A DNA stretch of 64,000 bases, from contig CT868000.1 of the NCBI GenBank assembly GCA_000165425.1, positions 178,173 to 242,172 of the forward strand. The letters run 5' to 3'. This document shows, in pieces, positions 1 through 16,516 of this stretch. The notes beneath the pieces are model-generated. The model was not told the DNA's origin, searched no databases, and worked only from the letters and a program-made list of their open reading frames with translations. How positions within the stretch are numbered: the stretch's first letter is position 1; each line of letters begins with the position of its first letter. A program made the position numbers and the translations under genes. This DNA is from Paramecium tetraurelia (lineage: Eukaryota).

Positions 1-1077
1 ATATCGCAGATGTGCCTTTGACTAACATAGCGAATACAATGTTCATAGGTGAATTATAGGTTGGAAGTGCCTAAGGAAGGAACGCTTTCGACGTTATATT
101 CGACACAGGTTCTGCCTTGACATGTGTTGCTTCAGAACAATGTAAAGATATCGGATGTTAGAAGAGTAAAAGATATAATAGAGCTGACAGTTAATCATTC
201 AATGAGATTGGCAAGTCAGTGGAAATTGTATTTGGAAGTGGAACTTTGAAAGGATTGATAAACAGAGAGAGAATCAGAGTAGATGGTTTAGATTTGAAGG
301 ATGCTTTGTTTATTGAAGTGACTTAATAAATTGGAGACGCATTTCATGAGGGGGAATTCGATGGTATTGTGGGATTAGGCTATCCTCATATGACAGGAGT
401 ACCCACTTTGTTTGATTACATGATCTAATAGCATAAACTACACTCAAATGTGTTTACATTCCATTTGAATAGAGCAACTGGAAATTCAGGGTCATAATTA
501 ATTTTTGGTGGAAGTGACGATTCTCAAATCAAAGGAGAATGGGTGTATCATAATGTTCATGAACAATTCTATTGGTCAATAATGGCAGAATAGATTAAAG
601 TGGGTAATAAGGACACTGGAATCTGTACACATTAACATAAGTGCAAGATGGTTGTTGACACAGGAACCACTTTGTTGACAGGACCAACAAAGGATGTGAG
701 AGCATTGTTGTCAATGATCAGAGTTGAGCCAAAATGCCAAAATTATCCAACAATGCCAGATATCACATTTGTTATTGATGGACATGATTACGTCTTATCA
801 CCTAAGGATTACATTCTAACCATCACATGTAAATATCATCTCTATATCTAATAGAAAAAGGAGTCGAAGCACCTTATCAACATTCATCAATGGATTAGAT
901 TGTTGGTTGTGCTGGAACTATCTTTCCTTTGGATCTACCACCCAAACAGTATGATTTTATATTAATTGTAGAGGTCCCTTATGGATTTTAGGTGATGTAT
1001 TTATTACAAAGTACTCTGCTAAGTTCGATAGAGATAAAAACAGAGTTGGTTTGGCATTAAATAAGAATCTTGAATGA
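1..1077 (+). CDS. Pepsin-family (A1) aspartic protease, cathepsin D-like; 5' end lies outside the window
   Basis: Ciliate-code frame from nt 3 gives FDTGS (~100) and VVDTGT (~651), [10 protein letters not shown] and WILGDVF. Introns 829-854 and 949-971. TGA at 1075-1077. Confidence 0.95.
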
Positions 1078-1108
1078 AATCATTAAAATAAACATATCGA
1101 ATAATTAA

Positions 1109-1990
1109 TCACTCATTTGTACTAAAGTATTATTGAAATGTCTGCAACGCTTCACTATTGTATATCAATCGGACATCCTCTTTATTAAGTTATTCGAATG
1201 CTTGATCCTCGTAGCCTCTGTCATCATGTAAACTAAGAGTAGACTTCTTAGATGGCAACAGAGTCTCCATCTTATCTCTCTCTGCCTATTCCCCTTAATT
1301 ATAAGGGGAGATCTTATGGAATATTCTAAATATCGTATCTATGAAGATGAGACATTCCATCATTGAATGGAATTTAATTGACGCTTGTTCACTCTAATCA
1401 TCATATTTAGACATTTGACCACGAGTTGATATCATTTATTCTAAGTACAATAAGAGTTGAGTGCATTGATCGATTCCTTGACCTAACAAAGTGGGAGGGC
1501 CTGTTCTTTTCTACTTCTCTTTTCCCAATCGAAAGAATGTAATCATTATGTCTATATTAAACTATTTGATTCTTGCCATATATCTCTTTTTTACTGCCTT
1601 GTTTTACACATAAGACTCACTCAATCCAATTAAGTACTTTATGATGAACTTCATTGTGCACACTTTCAATACGCTGGGTGGTCTCTTCTGAAATTAATCA
1701 GACAATTCAAACCAAAATTAATTAGTATACAAATCATTCCTCTTCATTTGTTGAAACATACTATGTTCTTCTGCTTAATTGAATTCAGATCTATTGATGT
1801 TACTATCTATGTAATATCTCCATCTATATTCACATAAAGAGGGTGTCATTTTATTGTAAAAGAATATTTTATTCATCTAACTTGAAATTTGAGAAAAATC
1901 ATTCTGGAAATGCTTTTGCAATTTCAATAATAAATCATCTTCTTATGAATTCCACTTAACCTTATCCAGTTACTGTAATTCAATGTCCAT
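1109..1990 (-). CDS. Myb/SANT-domain protein (293 aa, intronless)
   Basis: Open frame throughout. N-terminus KWNSQEDDLLLKL...CEYRWRYYI followed by EFNQAEE... resembles tandem Myb repeats. Confidence 0.8.
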
Positions 1991-3144
1991 TAATAACAAA
2001 TATATTTAGGATTCTCATAGTCAATTTTAATTAATATATATATTTTAAAATCATTTTATTATTTATATCAATCATCTTATAATTAAATGCAGTTTTTTTG
2101 GATGTAATCTCAGATAACGCCCATATTAATTGTAATATAAAAAGGCTGAATATCACCTTAGATAATTCAAACTCATCGAATTAAATAAGTTTTCCATTCT
2201 TAAAATAAAAAAAATATAATTAATATTCGATCTTTCTCATATAAGAGTTCTCTTAATATCTAACTAATAATTCATTGACTCTTATTCTCAAATTGTAATC
2301 TTTTAAAAATGGTAAAAATGAAAAGTTAAATATTAATGTAGACCTGTTATAATATATGTGAATTCGATTTTACAACACAAAACAATAAGATTAAATCATA
2401 ATATCTAAATTGCTAATTGACAAGAAGATTTAATATTTTATATTTAATAAATACTATTTACAGTATCAAATATAAAATATATCCTTTTTTTATCAATAAT
2501 CCAAAAATACTTACTATTTTTCTAGACTAATTATTCTCAATAAGAGTATAATATCAGAAGTAGTTATTGCAAATACAAATTAAATCATTAATTAGACTCA
2601 GAAAATCCCTGATGATATCAATTATAGTAAAGCCAACACTTAATTAGCTAAGTTTACACTTTAACAAATTCCATTGTAATATAATTAGTTAATGAATTTA
2701 TATTTTATAAAAAATCTAATCTAATGACATATGATGAAGTTAAGGATAAAAATTAATAATTCTGAAATTCAAGTAGATTTTGTTTATATTCTCTCCAAAA
2801 AAGTAATGAAATTTGTAAAAATCATGAGGTCAATTTAAGATGAAATAATTTAGTTTGATTTTAAATAAACCCTTCTTATTTATAACACCCATCGATTACT
2901 CTTCTTAAAAAGGGAGGAAACAAATTAAGATATTTCGCATGGATCTAAAGATATATTTGGTATTACTAATATACATAATTGTTATACTAAAATTCTCAAT
3001 AATTGTACCGATGTTGTTAAAAGCAAATGGATTTTCAAATACAAATATAAATGAATTGAATTTATGGCAATACTGAACCAAGATTGTGAGAGCAACAACG
3101 AGAAGTAGTTCACAATTATTTTATAATTAATTTGTATTCGTTGA

Positions 3145-4585
3145 ATGCACATAAATAAATTATCTGAGCATCAAAACTAAAAAAGTGGGTCATTTGTACA
3201 TTTGTCTCCGTAAGCTTATGAGGCCTTATAAACATTAGAGTAAATTAAAAAGAATAACATACTTCAGCAGAATTCCTAAATCGTTAGAAGAGTTTCATCA
3301 CAATATGTTCAATAGCCTTCTCAAAAAAATTAATAGAGAACATCCAGTTAATTGCAGGCTTCTCCAATACAGCAGAGAAAAGAGCTCTAAACCAATTCAT
3401 CATTATCATTCATCAGAGGAGCTCTATAGTCAAATCGCACCAACAAAATGGAAACAGAGGGTAGTCACAAACCAAATTCATAAACTGAAAGATAGATTAG
3501 TTAACAGCAAACTCTGGGCAAATCGGACGAGCCTACTCCATTCTTCAGAGACACTTTATCAAGTGACCGCAACAAATGCAACTAGACTAGCTTAAGCTAA
3601 TATTTGTCTAGACATCAATTTTAATAGCAATTCAAATATATCAATGAAGAATTATAAGCATTTAAATAATAGGTCGAAAACGATGTCTTGATTGAGACTG
3701 TTATCACCAAATTTGAATCCCCCAAAGACAATTCCAAAAATAGTCAGCTCTTTGTAGACCAATCTTAAAAGGAGAATTTTTCTCCTACAAACCAAATTAA
3801 TGATGAAAAAGCAATTGATCCTAAATCAGATCCTCTCTCTCGATAATCAAATCAAGATTATGGAAGATGAAGAAACTAAAATTGCTCTTGACCCTTAGAA
3901 ATCAAAGAAGAAGTAAAATACTACTCATTCCCCTTCCAAGTAATAGATTGTTGAAAGTCTATATGAAAGAGCGTAAAAGAAGCAATCGAATTTCTAAAAA
4001 CTATTTGAGGAAACTCAGATAAGCAAAGAATAGAATGTATTTAAAGAGTGTACTTTTATTCCAAAGATAAATAAGTAGAATATATCTGGAAATTTTATGG
4101 AGCGCTTGGATGATTGGATCAAGAGGAAAAACAAAAAGATCACTTAACAACAAGAGCAAAGCTAGGAAAGAATAATGAGAGAGTGCACTTTTAGTCCTTT
4201 ACATAAACAATTAAATAAGACCAATCTCAGTCACACAGCAGTTTATTAAAGAAATCAAGAGTGGTAGAATAGGATAAATATAAAGAAACAAAAGATGAAG
4301 GCCTAAAACTCATTTATACAAATGAGTGCAAAAAAGGAGTAGAGCACTCCAAAAAAAATACACAAGAGATCTAGTTCATAATAATATTAGATTGATCTTG
4401 CTAAAATATTATAATCAACAAATTCTTAAAATACCACGAAAAGGGTAAAACAATAATCTCCTATCCTAACTGAAATTCAAAGTGGAATTCTTAATGCTTC
4501 AAATAAGAAAATTGAAAATGTAGACACGAAGTATTAACAACTATGTGAAATGGCAAATAGGATTAAAGCCAAATCTAAAAATTGA
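3145..4585 (+). CDS. Hypothetical protein with ECTFxP repeats; one +1 frameshift near 3860
   Basis: Frame 1 is open from ATG 3145 to TGA ~3868. Frame 2 continues with ECTFIPKIN and ECTFSPL motifs to TGA 4583-4585. No consensus intron at the junction. Confidence 0.7.
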
Positions 4586-4757
4586 TATTTTTAACTTTTG
4601 CAGATATATTATCAGTAGTATTATTTTTATGCGATTTTAATTAATAAAATAAATTTATGATTAACTTATGTGTCTGTTTTATATAAATCCTTCAATCTAA
4701 TCGCAAGCAGAGATTTAAACTGTAAATATTTAATATTAATAATAATTCTGAAATAAC

Positions 4758-7700
4758 TCACTTAAATTCAAAAGTACACATTTCACAAAAGTGGTTTAAA
4801 TTTGATTGTAAGAATGTACAAACTGGACATTGCATTTGATCATCCATTTTTGCTCCTGTTTCTGGTTTAAGATTGGGCATGAAGACTTGTACTTCTTCAT
4901 CGATTCTCACTCTAAAATAAATGCAAATCTATACTGCTTCTTTGCTTATTATTATGGAGCAGAGCTAGTCTAATCATTATAATTAATGTCCATGGTTTCA
5001 ATGAACATTCCCCAATCCATGGAAGGGATTGTCTTCATAATTGTAGTCAAGTAAACAGTAGTACGAGGAGGAACAACCTTGCAAATTTTAGCTGGATGTC
5101 TAATGATATTTTGGATTAGAAGTACTTAAAATTGACCATAATATCTGGATCAAGGGTAATCTAATAGGTTATATGTAGGGTTTGATTGGTAGTATTGTTC
5201 AACATGAATCTCTTCAGCATTGGAGCAATTTGAATATCTACATCGCAGTGTATCAGTTATTGTGGGGTCTCTCCAAATTAGCTAAAAGTAATAGAATCTT
5301 TACTTACACAAGAGGGATTGTATTATTAGCCTCACTCTACTTATTTGATTCTACGATGTGTTCCAATTCCATTGAGAACTGAGATAGTTGCATCATTGAA
5401 TCTTATTCGGCCTTGCTTTATTCGGCAGTAGGATTGGCATCAGTTCCAAAATCAATTCCATCAATTACATCCTTCTTTTTTGGAAGAGGAGGAGGTTTTG
5501 GAATAGTAAAGGATCCTTACTTTTAGATAAGGTTGTGGATATTTGATGAAGCATCTATTTTCACTGTCTACAAGTAAATGTTATCATATAATATGTTGCT
5601 TGGGAAGACACTATTGGTTGTCATAGTAGGTTTAGATTCAGCAAAATGGATAGTGGATTCATAACACTCTAGGATGACTCCATCTACTTATACGACACTT
5701 GAAACTAGTTCTGTCTGGATTGTGTTGCCTATGATGTAGATTGGTTGAATGGAATCATAGAAGCCAATTTCTGTAACTTAAGAATAGTAGTTCTTAAATT
5801 ATTGCCAGAATTGGAATGTTTCTTCAACTTCCTTTTGTTTATTGAAAAAGATGGTTGTTGCTATCACTGGATACTTTTTACAATCATCCAAAAATTCATT
5901 CAGGAATCCTTCAAACCAATCTGTGTATTTGGAGTATAAATAACATGGGGGTGGTAGATTAACCAAATAAGAAAATACTAATTTGTTTGCATTAGCAGCA
6001 GCCAGAACCATCTTCATCATTTGGATAGCCACATTTTAAAATCTCTTTTAATTCTCAAATAATAAATTCAAAATGGAAAGATTATCATTTTGAGAACCGA
6101 TATGAGATTAGTAAAGTATGCTTTGATAAGATAAATTGGTTGAGCAACCTGTTGTGTATTTGTCTTGATAATTAGGTTCTGGAAAACCAAGTAACCATTC
6201 AATACGCTCTTATTGATAAGAATCATAGATGTTAAGTAGATTGTAGGCTAGACCTAAGAATTACCCTATAATTTCATAGTTGGCTTTGTTGATTTCTTCA
6301 ATTAACACCTCAATCACAGATCTAGATAGAGGTTCATTATCGAATACCATTCTCTAGATGATCAGCTTAACTGTTTCGAAATCCTGACATTCTATCAACG
6401 CTCTTTTATAAAAGATTTAGGTTTGGAGACAAATCATATCATTTTTTGATAACACATAATGCTGGTCTTACAATAAGTAGTAAATGCATTAGAAAAGTTA
6501 AGAATAGTATGGGACAACCATTTTGCTTGCCATTGTTATTTTCTTCTCAGAGATGAATTCATAAAATTACGTTTTTTGTAATCCTTAAGGAGATTACTTT
6601 TCCATAAAGAAATCCGCAAAAATTGAAACCAATTCTATTTAACTAGCAAATTTGACGTTGATTGTTGATGATTTGACAAAATCCTTCCAAAAAGTGAAAT
6701 ATTGAGTGAATTTAGTTGGATTTTTGGCAACATCATTTTATAGTTTCTGTAGTAGATCTAATAAGAACCTCATCACAACTTGATCGCAACTTACTGATGA
6801 ATTATCTGGCTATAGAACTTAGAGTAATTCAGTGTTCAATTAAAGAGCATGAATGTAAACCATGACATTTATATAATGCAAGAGGATTTGCTGGATAGCT
6901 TATCTAATAGTGTAATCAGGAGCACACAATAATACATTAAATACTCTCTATTGACGATCGACTATCAGTTGTCGGAAAACATAAAAAGCACCTGTTGGTA
7001 TTATGTTAATGAGATTCATGATGATAAGCACATAACTTTTGATAGTGGAATGATCAGATGACCTAGCAATCAATTCTATTGCTGTGTATGTCATATTGGA
7101 TAGCAATAATTGAATATTTTCAGTTCCCTGTAGGTCCTAATAATTATTGTAAATGCCAAAATACTAAGGGACCTATTCTGGATTTGTGATTAACGTGTAA
7201 TCCTTAGGATATGGAAAAGCCTCTCCAATTTCCTTAACAAACCTAAAGAACTCCTCACTGTAAACATGTCTCTCTACCATAAATCTGTGATTATCATGCC
7301 AAATTTCCTAATACAAAGAGTCTGGTATGTGTTGTTATGTCATAGTTTTATAATCTAATTTATATGTAAGTTCCTGATTGTTCTCCTCTTAAATGACACT
7401 ATCGAATTTCTGCATAATCTCTTGCTTTTATTGTAGATCAGCGAATTTCAATTCGACTTGTTCTTTCTGGATTCTCTCGTAGACTAAGATGTAAGCATTA
7501 GTACTACTGCCAGACTCTTGAAAGTCCTGGCCATCTTCTGTATCTTTGCCTCCGTAACATTCATATGGTAATCTTTTCACATCGAAATCTTCAATCACAG
7601 AATCATTGAATTTCAACCACTTTTCATCCTTGGTATTAATCAAACTATAATAATGTCCATATAAAGCAGTTCCTTTGTGAACTACAACTCCTTTCAATTT

Positions 7701-10700
7701 GTATTAGTAATATGATTGCTATTTGATGTCAGAGTTAAGCAATCCTTCTCTTGTATACTATTATAGATTTAGATTGTGTGGGAATTCCAAACGAGTGCTT
7801 AGTTTTTCATTCATGAAGATATCTAGATTGAATACAATTCTTTGGATATGTACTATCAATACATTTGGTAGGGTTTGTAAACATTGACGTTTGATGAGAT
7901 CATTCTTTTGTTTGCATTATTCACAATAGTAATCTTTGATGACCTCTCCATTAATCATGCTTTCAAAGGATTCATGGATTGATTTAACACCTTTGACTTT
8001 TACTGAAAGAGTGTAAAACAGATCAAATTTCTCTCTCATATTTTTGCATCCACTACATATCATTTAACTGCAAGTCTACCCACCATAAATGGATTCAATA
8101 AATTGTTGCCAACCTTTATTCTTTAATTAATTATCCAGACGATCAAAAAACTGATTTAAGAATTCTTAAGCATCTTACTATAAGGATACATTGACTGGTT
8201 GATTATCGTAATCCTTAAAAGAATAACAAAAATGTTGAGGATTGAAATCGGGTCTTTCACTCAATTCTAAATAAGCAAGTAATCTCTAGAATTGGTGAAT
8301 AGAGTTATCATCTATTTGATGTTCTAGACCCTGATTGTCTTTGTAATTAACCACTTTGTTTTCAACACCATCCTCTGCTCTCAACATACTGTATCTGAAT
8401 TCTGGAGTCATAAAGAATTGCTGCATCATGGCATTCATGTAACAAATGCATCCCAAATTTCGGATGCCAACAAAACCGTGGTATGTTTTGGGATTCAATT
8501 TTATGTCAAATCCACTAAAAATAATGATTTGGTAAATGATTATATTTAAATCCAACAGTTCAGGATTGTAATTCTATTTCAAATACAATATTATTATTCT
8601 ATAAACAATCTTTCTACTCTCGGGAGATTTGCTCTTCACATAATCTGGAGTATGTTACTTCTAGGGAGTAAGTTAAAATGTATTTAAATGGAAACAAAAT
8701 AAATGAACTTGGTATAAGTACATGATCAATTGTTATGTCAATATACTTTGATCCACAATACTCAAACTTTCTAAAATGGACAGCAAACCTGTGAGAGTCT
8801 TATCTGATGTCAACCCAATTCTTGATTCCGTTGGCTCATATTCTTTTAGCTATGTAATGATATTCTCTGCAAACTGCCTATCACTGTATTTAGATTCCTG
8901 AATCAACTTTGCCAATAAATCGAAATATGATTAAGAATCCTTATTTTCATTTTTTGGGAATTATTCAATCAACATACTTATCAGAGTTCTCCCCAATTGA
9001 TTCTAACATTTGAAAATCAAATACAAAGAGTTTCCTGCAAACTTTCTTATTAATAATTGTTTTGGAGCATACAAAAATTATTCGTACCTTTACTTTATTG
9101 ATTGGATTGAAGAAACAAAGTAATCATAACAATCTCCTAGATTGAATCCAACGATGGTTGTGATTAAGATTAAAGCAAATTCTATTATAAATCTATCATC
9201 AGCGATATCCACTTGCATTTTGATGATGTATTTTAGTAAATCAACATAATCTATTTGTACATCTAAGCCATCCATAAACTTGACTAATTCTAGGAAATCT
9301 TCAGTCTCCTTCACTCTCAATACGGGTTTATTGTCAGATTATGAAGGGTAAGTGCCATCAATTATCTATGCGATGATATCAAATGTTGCTTAAATTGGTT
9401 GTTTAACGTGTTGCTGAATTTGATAGATATTCTTGAATTAGGGTTGGAATTAAGCAGCTATGTGTCGACTGAGAATATTCAAAATCAGGCATTACACCAA
9501 TTTAACAATCTTAGTGTCTTCTTATTCTAAATTATTTAAAATGAATTGCAATTATTTGAACCCTCCATATTTAACAAAGTTTCTACAATATTCTTCAGTG
9601 TATAAAAGATGTTCTATAATTTTGATTGAATATATTAATTGATATGATCTATCCTTAGTGAAATCTTCAAAGTTAAGTATGCGTTATTTGGCTGCTTCAA
9701 AAACTGGCAAAGAACACAATAACTTCCAACATTCCTAAGCAACCTCATCACTTTGATTAATGAAGTGAAACATCAATCTATAGAATCTTTCATTGTGAGC
9801 CAATTGATAACGAGGCAATTTCTGTTCATCCAAGTCAATTTCATCATTATCTATTAATGTTAAATCATTCTTATAACCGAATGAATGCAAGTTCTTCCAA
9901 ACTATAGACGAGATCTTTTATTAAATACAACAATCCTCATAAAAAGATATAAAGTTTTCAACTGCTAAATATCCTTTCTATTCTCCATACAAGACCCACA
10001 CTTCCTTGATTTTCCTTCCATCCTTAAAACTCTCATCATTTGCAGCCTTCACTCCAAAACTCGACAATTGCTCTGAACTCATCTTACCGTCTGTTGAATA
10101 CAACTCAAACAACTTATGCAAGACTTTAATAAATTTAGGTGTTAATTTGTTATCCTCAACCAAAGGCAATTAAGGAATTGGCTTTGTCTTTCTTCTGTAC
10201 ACATTTATCACTTCACTCTTTCTGACATTCATCTGTTTCAATGTCTTACCATTATCTGTATCCTACACTGTCACCCCATTTCTGACTAATTTCACCTATT
10301 CCCAATTAGTTTATAACTCTTTTGCTATCACTCTTCTCAATTCAAACATAGTCATTCTAGAATACACCTTTATTGTTGTTCTGTTACTAGGAGCTCCATC
10401 TCCCATGTCATTTATGATATTGATACTAAATCCGTCACCTTTCACTAATCCATCCAATGAAAGCAAGGATCCAACACCCTTCGTTTCAGTTTCATTCAAT
10501 AAATTTCTCAGAACTTCCAAGCATTTAAGTATTGTCTATTCGTTTGTACAATCCATCTTATCCAAGATCCTGTCTATGAATTGTTCTTATTGTGATAAAT
10601 TCAATTTCACTAACAATTAAACTGCTTTATCCAATTGGGAATTAAACACTATGTGCCATAAATATTCAATTCCTATAATTTAATTCACATCCGCTAGTAG

Positions 10701-13455
10701 AGACAATTCAATTTGCTAGTCGTTTTCATTTACATTTGTATTGGTCATACTGATCACATTTCCATATTGATCACAATTTTAATTCACGTTTGATTATTGT
10801 CTATGTAATCGATGCTGTTTTTAATTTATATAGTACAATATTGCCTAAAAGCAATTGAATGCACTTTCAGTGAGATGAGAATCTGAATTCAACAATCGAC
10901 TGTAAAATGTATCTAATTAAGTTTGACTGAATTACTCATCTTTCTCTACTAAATCTCTTAACCAATTACTGGCCATGTCGCATTCCTATTTACAAATAGG
11001 TCTCAAAATCAACTCATTCCAAATCAGATCTAAAAACTATTGATCAATGATATCTGTAGCAGTGCCATTAATTTTAATTAAAGTTTTAATCAATAGAATT
11101 CTTTCTTATAATTTATTCATATATCTTGCTGTTTCTTATAGGTTCTCTGCATTAATGACTCTATTTGAAATACGAAGATTCTCTATGTTTTATCTTAATA
11201 TTTGATGTATATTAGATTGTTGGATAAGCTCCTTCACAAATTCATCTTATGTGATCTCCTCCACTTTGCTTTCAGTGTTAGTAGATTATTCAATTTCTTC
11301 TTTGATTTTCTATGTAAGCATAAGATTGGGATTGTTCTACACAAATGGGTAAGTCATAACTTAAGAAGGTTAGGTTTCTACATTATTAGCTGGTAATTGT
11401 GGTTATTATTATGGCTATTGTTTTGATGGAAATGAACATATTAAATGAGATAATGTTTTGATTGACGAACTCTCTACTTTCATTTATTATATATTAGACA
11501 TCAATTTCTGAACCATTTAAACTTTAATTTCTTTAATCTCTAGATTCTTGATCAAATCACAAAGATATGACCTTGATTTATCTTCTAATGCCTGCTTTTA
11601 TGATGAACCAGCATATTCGATTATTCTCCATAAATTATCGATTGTCATAATAATCAATTCTTAATTTTTAATTTAATATCTATTCATCTCAAATAATAAT
11701 TAAACATGCTCAATCAATATTTAATCCTCTTTCAATTATTTGATTTGTTCCATAAAGAAAATCACATGATAATCTCTCATAGCAAAAGCAATTTCATTTA
11801 TCAATTTAAAAATGATGGGTCTCAATTCATTATCATTTTACTACATCAAATCCCAGATCATAGACATATGTTTGGCAGTAAATGCATTATCGATGTTCAA
11901 ATAAATTCTAATCAATTCTTTAGTTCTCTCCAATAGTTGCAGATGCGTATTGTGATGAAGCAATGTCTCCATGATGTTCTCAGAATCAATCCATTACAAG
12001 ACAGTTTAGGGACACTTGTCAAGACTAGCTTACTTCAACATATCAGTCAATAACTTTAATCCCATAATTTTCTTATCCAAGAAATTGCAATTGAAACAAA
12101 CCTACACAAATTCCAAACTCAACTTTTAAAGCCATTCTCTCCTTTGATCCTCACTCATAATTCTATCCAAGAGTACTTTAAAGGCTTGGATAATCAAATT
12201 CATCTTTTCTCTTCCCATGTTTCTCAGGGTTTGCTCATCCGAATGAAGCAGAGTTTATCTCAATCCCTGCAATTTTGGAACATACTCTTAACAGAATGAT
12301 CTGAACAATTAAGCATGAATGTTGCCAATAGCAGACATGTAATTGGCTAGAATATCCACTGATTAGATGTTGAGTATCTTTTCAAATCCTCCAAAATAAC
12401 CAAAATAATTGATGAATTAAATTAAAAGGAAACTCTTTGATTGCTTAGGTCTCAAGATGGCATGGAACTTCTCCTCCTAATAGTCTTATTCATATAGGAT
12501 ATCATAACTATCGTCAATGTATTATTCAATTGAATTGAATTTCCTTACGATGTGATCGCCAGATAGTGCCAATCGAGGATGACATGCAGTTATTTATTCG
12601 TCATGATATTTGTTATAACCAATGTATTTCATCTGAGTTCCATCGTCTATGGAATTTCCATCCTCTGTATAAAATCGAAATGCCACATTGTATTTTAGAA
12701 TTTGCTCAATATCCTGATCCTCTATGCGCTCTTAGATGGTGCTCAACACCCATTTATCTGATTGAGTTGCCAAGATCACCTAGCCTACTTAAAGATTGAA
12801 CATTTGATCTAATCTTTGAGATCGAGTCCTGTATGGCATGAGATTGCCACTTCTTATATTGTAAATATGTTTGACGGACTGCTCATTTAAATATCTAACC
12901 TTTATGCTATCCTCAGTGCGTTCTTCGACCACTCCTCTTGACCAATTCAATCTGGCAGTGCTACGACAGTTGCGCAGACAATCTACGTAAGCTCCTTCTT
13001 AAAGTTGATCGATGAATTACTTATATTGAGGATTGAGAGAGTAAGAATATTTAATGAACTAACTTTATTCAATTGATTACTTGATCATGCCATTCAGTAC
13101 GATGTGCATTATGCTCATATATCATACGAGACGGATCCATTATGGTCCTAAACATTTAGCTTACCTTCTCATCTTAGAGATTATTGGAAATGTATTTCAA
13201 CACACACTTTATGAATGACTCTATATTGAAAAGCACTCTATCAGGATAAGCTTTATGATTGATGACGAAATTCACACATATGTTTACTAACTCTGGCAAA
13301 TATTGTCGACCATCTGCGGTGACAGTCTCCTCCATATACTACTCCACTCGTTATAATGCTTGCAGAATCGCTTCATATTACTATTCACTCTTGGCTGTCT
13401 TTAACTTATCCACTTAAGGCACCAATTATTTCATAGCCTGTATTTCTTCACTCAT
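4758..13455 (-). CDS. Large ubiquitin carboxyl-terminal hydrolase (USP9/24/34-like), ~2866 aa
   Basis: Cys box GFVGIRNLGCICYMNAMMQQF (~8480-8420); His box VVVHKGTALYGHYYSLI and KFND (~7690-7600). Introns 13059-13080, 5282-5307, 5100-5125 and 4912-4934 give a length divisible by 3. Confidence 0.95.
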
Positions 13456-14292
13456 TTATATTTATATTACATCTTAAATTTTACAAATGAAGTTTATATA
13501 GTATATAAAATAACTCAATCCAATCCTCAAGTCAACCATCTTCATTTGGATCAACCGAGAATCTACACCTCCCTTTCTAATTCTTACATAATATTTCTTT
13601 ATTAATCTATTAACCCCTACGTCAATTAATAATATTTTTAAATTTCAATATTCTCCATTCATAATTTTCAATGAAATCTGTCATATTATACATAACTTAA
13701 TTGCATACATGATGGAAATATGATGGAAATGGTGAAGTTTAATTTGGATCTCCCTTAAGTAATACTTTTTTATTAGTATTACATTTAAATTATCCCTTCT
13801 AAAGACTCAAAAGATCAACATACATTGAATACCTTATTCACGCGAAATATGATTAAATTTTGATTCATGTGATAAGATTTAACTTGATAAGAGAATATAT
13901 TATTTTTAAAGGAAAATACATAATTTTTAAGACAAATTCTTTGAATCTATCATTTAAGGGAACAATCGGAGCTAAATTTCACTAATATCATATATTAATA
14001 ACCTTTTTGAATAAAAAAATGTTATTAACTAACTTAAGGTTAATCAATTTAGAATTTTTATAAGTTTCGAGTAAATTAGTTGTGCAAATCATAGAAAGGA
14101 CATAAAAAATAATAATTTTATCAGAATATTATATTATATGGAGATTGTGACAAGGAGGCTTACTTAAAATGAAGAAAGAGTTAATTAATTATTTTCATAA
14201 TTTTTGACCTTATGATAATAAATATACTTAATAAACAAGATTACTCAATCTACTAATAGTCATTAATAGTAAAATTAAACAACCTTCAAAAC

Positions 14293-14790
14293 TCATAATT
14301 TCTCCAATAGAATTACTTAATTAGACTAAGAATAATTAATTACTATATTGAATTTTATAAATGATTTGTAACAATTGTGTTTTTCAAAATCATTTAAATC
14401 TTGATTATCGTTACAAATATCAATAAACTTTAGATATCCCATAATTACTGAAGATATTAATAAAAGTAAATCTATTGATGATATTATGATATTTTCTTCT
14501 CTTAAACCTGAAAGCAAGTAGTATAATGTTGTTAAACTACTAATTAAATTATTCTATGATGATTCTATTGGTTGTAAAGCCATTCAATTTCTTGACTATT
14601 TATTATGTGTTATTTTAACATATTTCAAGATTATTGCAATAAACCACATATATATTAGAATTTGCATTCCATATGTATTTCTTAAGTTCATTTTTTAATC
14701 TTCAATTTTCAATGTTAGATTAAATCTTTGAAAAAGATCTAATTTAAAAATCCTTTTTAGAGATAAGTGATTGATTTCTTCTTAATTCAT
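14293..14790 (-). pseudogene. Small membrane-protein gene with an in-frame TGA; probable pseudogene
   Basis: ATG 14790. The same frame is open on both sides of TGA 14584-14586. Hydrophobic segments MQILIYMWFIAIIL and IDLLLLISSVIMGYL. Confidence 0.45.
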
Positions 14791-14804
14791 TTATTAATAA
14801 CTAA

Positions 14805-15954
<1,150 letters not shown>

Positions 15955-16516
15955 GACAGTTAATAAAATTAATATATATATTTATTTATCTATCAAAATG
16001 ATTTCTAGTTTACTCAAATTATTACGATCCTTTCTGGATCTGAAATATTGCTTCAAATAAATAATAGACATAAATTAAGATACTAGAAATGTTTCAAAAT
16101 TAAAGAACAATATTTGATAAGATTTAATTAATTAATTAAAATCCGCAACAATAGTATTTTATGTATATTCATCAATGAACTACATATTCATAAGTTTTTG
16201 TATAAATAAAATTGATGTTCTTTTTATGGTATTCCAATTGTAAATATATGTTTGGTTAATATTCTTGTTATTCATTGTAGATGAATAACATGGATCTTTA
16301 TATTTAGAATTTTATTTTGATAGTATTATGTACATTTATTAGACAACCAGTCTTTAAGGGTCTTTATTAATGATATTCTAAATTGATTATCAAATTCACG
16401 TTTATTTATTATTAGATGGTGTGTTTTAGTTGATGGAGTTATTTGATTGATGAGGGCACTTTCTTAAATTGAACATCAAAATGAATTTAGTCGTATATGA
16501 AAATAAATTAATAAAT

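Noticed and set aside
1291..1308. Inverted repeat CCCCTTAATTATAAGGGG
   Set aside because: Short, inside the Myb CDS, with no other support; likely chance.
3305..3595. 96-aa track ORF, and an apparent in-frame TGA at 3689 in that frame
   Set aside because: Wrong frame. The frame from ATG 3145 is open and more natural across this stretch.
3786..3860. Retained TA-bounded IES as the cause of the frameshift
   Set aside because: Frame-restoring TA pairs exist, but their ends match the TAYAG consensus poorly and the sequence reads as protein.
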